DNA from: Squalus acanthias
Taxonomy: Eukaryota
Direction of reading: 5' to 3'
Length of the DNA: 64,000 bases
Assembly (NCBI GenBank): GCA_030390025.1
Contig: CM059449.1
Location: 33,232,001 to 33,296,000 of the forward strand
Made by a program: the position numbers and the translations under genes. Below are positions 61,238-64,000 of the stretch, piece by piece (within the stretch, counting starts at the first letter, position 1; every line of letters starts with the position of its first letter). The notes under the pieces are model-generated. The model was given only the letters and a program-made list of their open reading frames with translations. It searched no databases and was not told the origin of the DNA.

Positions 61238-62527
61238 TAGAGTTTTTTGAGGATGTAACTAGCAGGGTAGATAAAGGGGAACCAGTGAATGTAGTATATT
61301 TGAATTTCCAGAAGGCATTCGATAAGGTGCCACATAAAAGATTATTACACCAGATTAGGGCTCATGGGGTTGGGGGTAATATAGTAACATGGATAGAGGA
61401 TTGGTTAACAGACAGAGAACAGAGAATAGGGATAAACAGATCTTTTTTCAAGTTGGCAGGCTGGAACTAGTGGGGTGCCGCAGGGATCAGTGTTGGGGCC
61501 TCAGCTATTTACAATCTATATTAATGACGTAGATGAACAGACCGAGTGTAATGTTTCCAAGTTTGCTGATGGTACAAAGCTAGGTGGGACAGTAAGCTAT
61601 GAGGAGAACACAAAGTGTCTGCAAAGGCACATAGATAGACTAAGTGAGTGGGCAGTAAGGTGGCAGATGGAGTATAATGTAGGGAATTGTGAGGTAGGAA
61701 GAATAGAAAAACAGAATACTTTTTAAATGGTGAGAAACTTTCAAATATTGATGTTCAGAGAGATTTGGGTGTTCTCGTGCAAGAAACACAGAAAGCTATC
61801 ATGTAGGTACAGCAAGCAATAAGGAAGGCAAATGGCATGTTGTACTTTATTGCAAGGGGGTTGGAGTTTAAGAGTAAGGAAGTCTTGCTACAATTGTACA
61901 GGGCATGGTGAGACCACACCTCGAGTACTGTGCACAGTTTTGGTCTCCTTATCTAAGGAAGGATATACTTGCCTTGGAGGCGGTGCAACGAATGTTCACT
62001 AGAGTGATTCCTGGATTGAGAGGGCTGTCCTATGACGAGAGATTTTTTAGAATGGGCCTATACTCTCTTTAGTTTAGAAGAGTGAGAGGTGATCTCATTG
62101 AAACATTCAAGATTCTGAATGGGATTGACAGGGTAGATTGAGAGGTTGTTTCCCCTGGCTGGAGTGTCTAGAACTAGGGGGCATAGTCTCAGGATAAGGG
62201 GTCGGCCATTTAAGACTGAGATGAGGAAGAATTTCTTCACTCAGAGGGTTGTGAATCTTTGGAATTCTTTGCCCCAGAGGGATGTGGATGCTGAGTCTTT
62301 GAGTCTATTCAAGGCTGAGCTAGATAGATTTTTTGGACTAAGGTGAATCAAGGGATATGGAGATCGGCCGGAAAGTGGAGCTGAGGTCGGTGATCAGCCA
62401 TGTTCTTAGTGAATGGTGGAGCAGGCTCGGGGCGCGGGGCGGGGGGCGGGGGGCGGGGGGAGGGGGGGAGGTGCGGCGGTGGCGTATGTCCTACTCCTGC
62501 TCTTACTTTTTATGTTCTTATGTTTTT
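61238..62527 (+). mobile_element. Degenerate 5'-truncated CR1 (RT to tail)
   Basis: ORFs 61285-61726 and 62146-62346; TTATGTTCTTATG tail. Confidence 0.92.
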
Positions 62528-64000
62528 AAAATATCGCATCTGTTGAATACCGTTATCGGGTCCCAGAAACTTTTCAAACAGTGCCTTTTTTATGTACATA
62601 GCTGCGCTCCTACAATTCTGGCCTGTTGTGCATTCCCGATACTGGAATGGCGGATCCGAATAACTTCCCAATGCAACGTTCCAATTTATTGGATCCGCTG
62701 GAGTTTCCAAGTATTCTATTTTAACAAATCTGACTCTGAAAATACCGAAAGAAAGCGGACGAAAGTGAATTCACCATTTAGAATACCATTGCCATTTCCG
62801 AGTTGGAGTTAAAGTCCCTCTGTATACATAATAGATGTAATGAGAGCTGTGCACGGAATGGTCGATGCCGTGATCCGACTGTGTAATATGTTGTGGATGC
62901 TTTAAGCAATGTGCTCTGTGTTATATTTGTTGTCGCTTGCAGTTTATGTGCAGGTACTTTCTGCTAACACTGCTCGTCTCTGACTGACAAAAAACGAAAC
63001 CTTGCGGCTTTAGCATCTGCCGAACTGGACAGACACCCGCGTCCCTTCAACAAAGCTGTTTCCGTTACGTGCTGCACAGTTCCGCATATTCAGTGATCCA
63101 ACCGTGAGAAGACAGCTAGAAATCCTTGAAACCTTTGCAATTTGCTCCATAACAGCAAAACAAACCATGAACAAACAAACTGCAGCGAATATGTAATGTC
63201 TAATATTCCATATCCCAGGACTTGTGCTGTGAACAAGGCACATTTCCCGTCTGCCTTCATTCCGCGGATCCACACCATGACTAGACCCCGGCAGTTTAGT
63301 AACTGCTATGGAGATCCTCTGCTATACATGTTAAAGGGCACAGTTCCATGTACCATTAATATTCATTTAACAGTATTTGCATTCAATAATCAGCACCGAA
63401 ACCTTACCAGGTAGGAAAATTATAGGTCCAGTACAAGTGCCCCAACTTTACCAGGGCAGAGACAACTGGGCTACAATTGGCGGTGGACATTGAAATCCCC
63501 ACTTAGCTTACATTCTGTGTCCGTGCTTCCCTGAGCCTTTCCTCCAACCTGCCTTCAATATGGAGCAGTACTAAATCCTCAGTTAAGGGAGAGTGGGATG
63601 TTTTGGTAGGTGGGCTCCAGCAGGAGCTTTCCTTGGTCTTGCTTGACCGAAAGCCATGAGATATTTGTGATAGATTCTTTGTGCGTGAGGAATGGCGTGG
63701 TCTGGATGAGAAAGATTTGAAACTCTCACTGGGGGACACAGGTTCAACACAAAACTGGAAGAATGTGAGATTTCATATCAGTGTTTTATGGGGTCACACC
63801 GCCCCACAGGGTGATTTCAGATCAGTGTGTTACGGCCACTTTCAAGAGTGCAGAATAGCAGTTTAAAGTAAGTCAGAAGACACAGATCTAGGTTAATGGC
63901 TTGGGAGTTGAAAACTAATATTAGGAGCAACTTTTCTCAAGGATGATGAAAGCTACGATAAATTCTTCAGTAGGAAAGCACGAATGGTAATCATTGGCGG
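62528..64000 (-). repeat. Right arm of the inverted duplication (runs off the window)
   Basis: Reverse complement matches 34831 back to 32875. Confidence 0.93.

Overview
Eukaryotic, repeat-dense genomic DNA, most consistent with a cartilaginous fish (shark); this rests on the CR1 LINE families and the two-exon GPR139-like receptor. The one clear host gene is an intact two-exon GPR139-like class A GPCR (50612-53273, +, 326 aa). A probable signal-peptide first exon (2446-2497, -) belongs to a gene that probably leaves the window on the left and is possibly MHC class I-like. Most of the rest is transposable-element debris: many CR1 LINE copies (one young, near-intact ORF2 nested in an older CR1), a second LINE family, an L2 fragment, tRNA-SINEs, a Penelope GIY-YIG fragment, two hammerhead ribozymes, and Harbinger-type remnants and MITEs. 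Other structures are a 1.63-kb candidate solo LTR with foamy-virus-like layout, three minisatellites, an 11-kb polypurine satellite followed by a 1.3-kb polypyrimidine tract, an assembly gap, and an inverted duplication (32875-34831 vs 62528-64000+) bracketing the GPCR. All calls were made by eye with no database searches.
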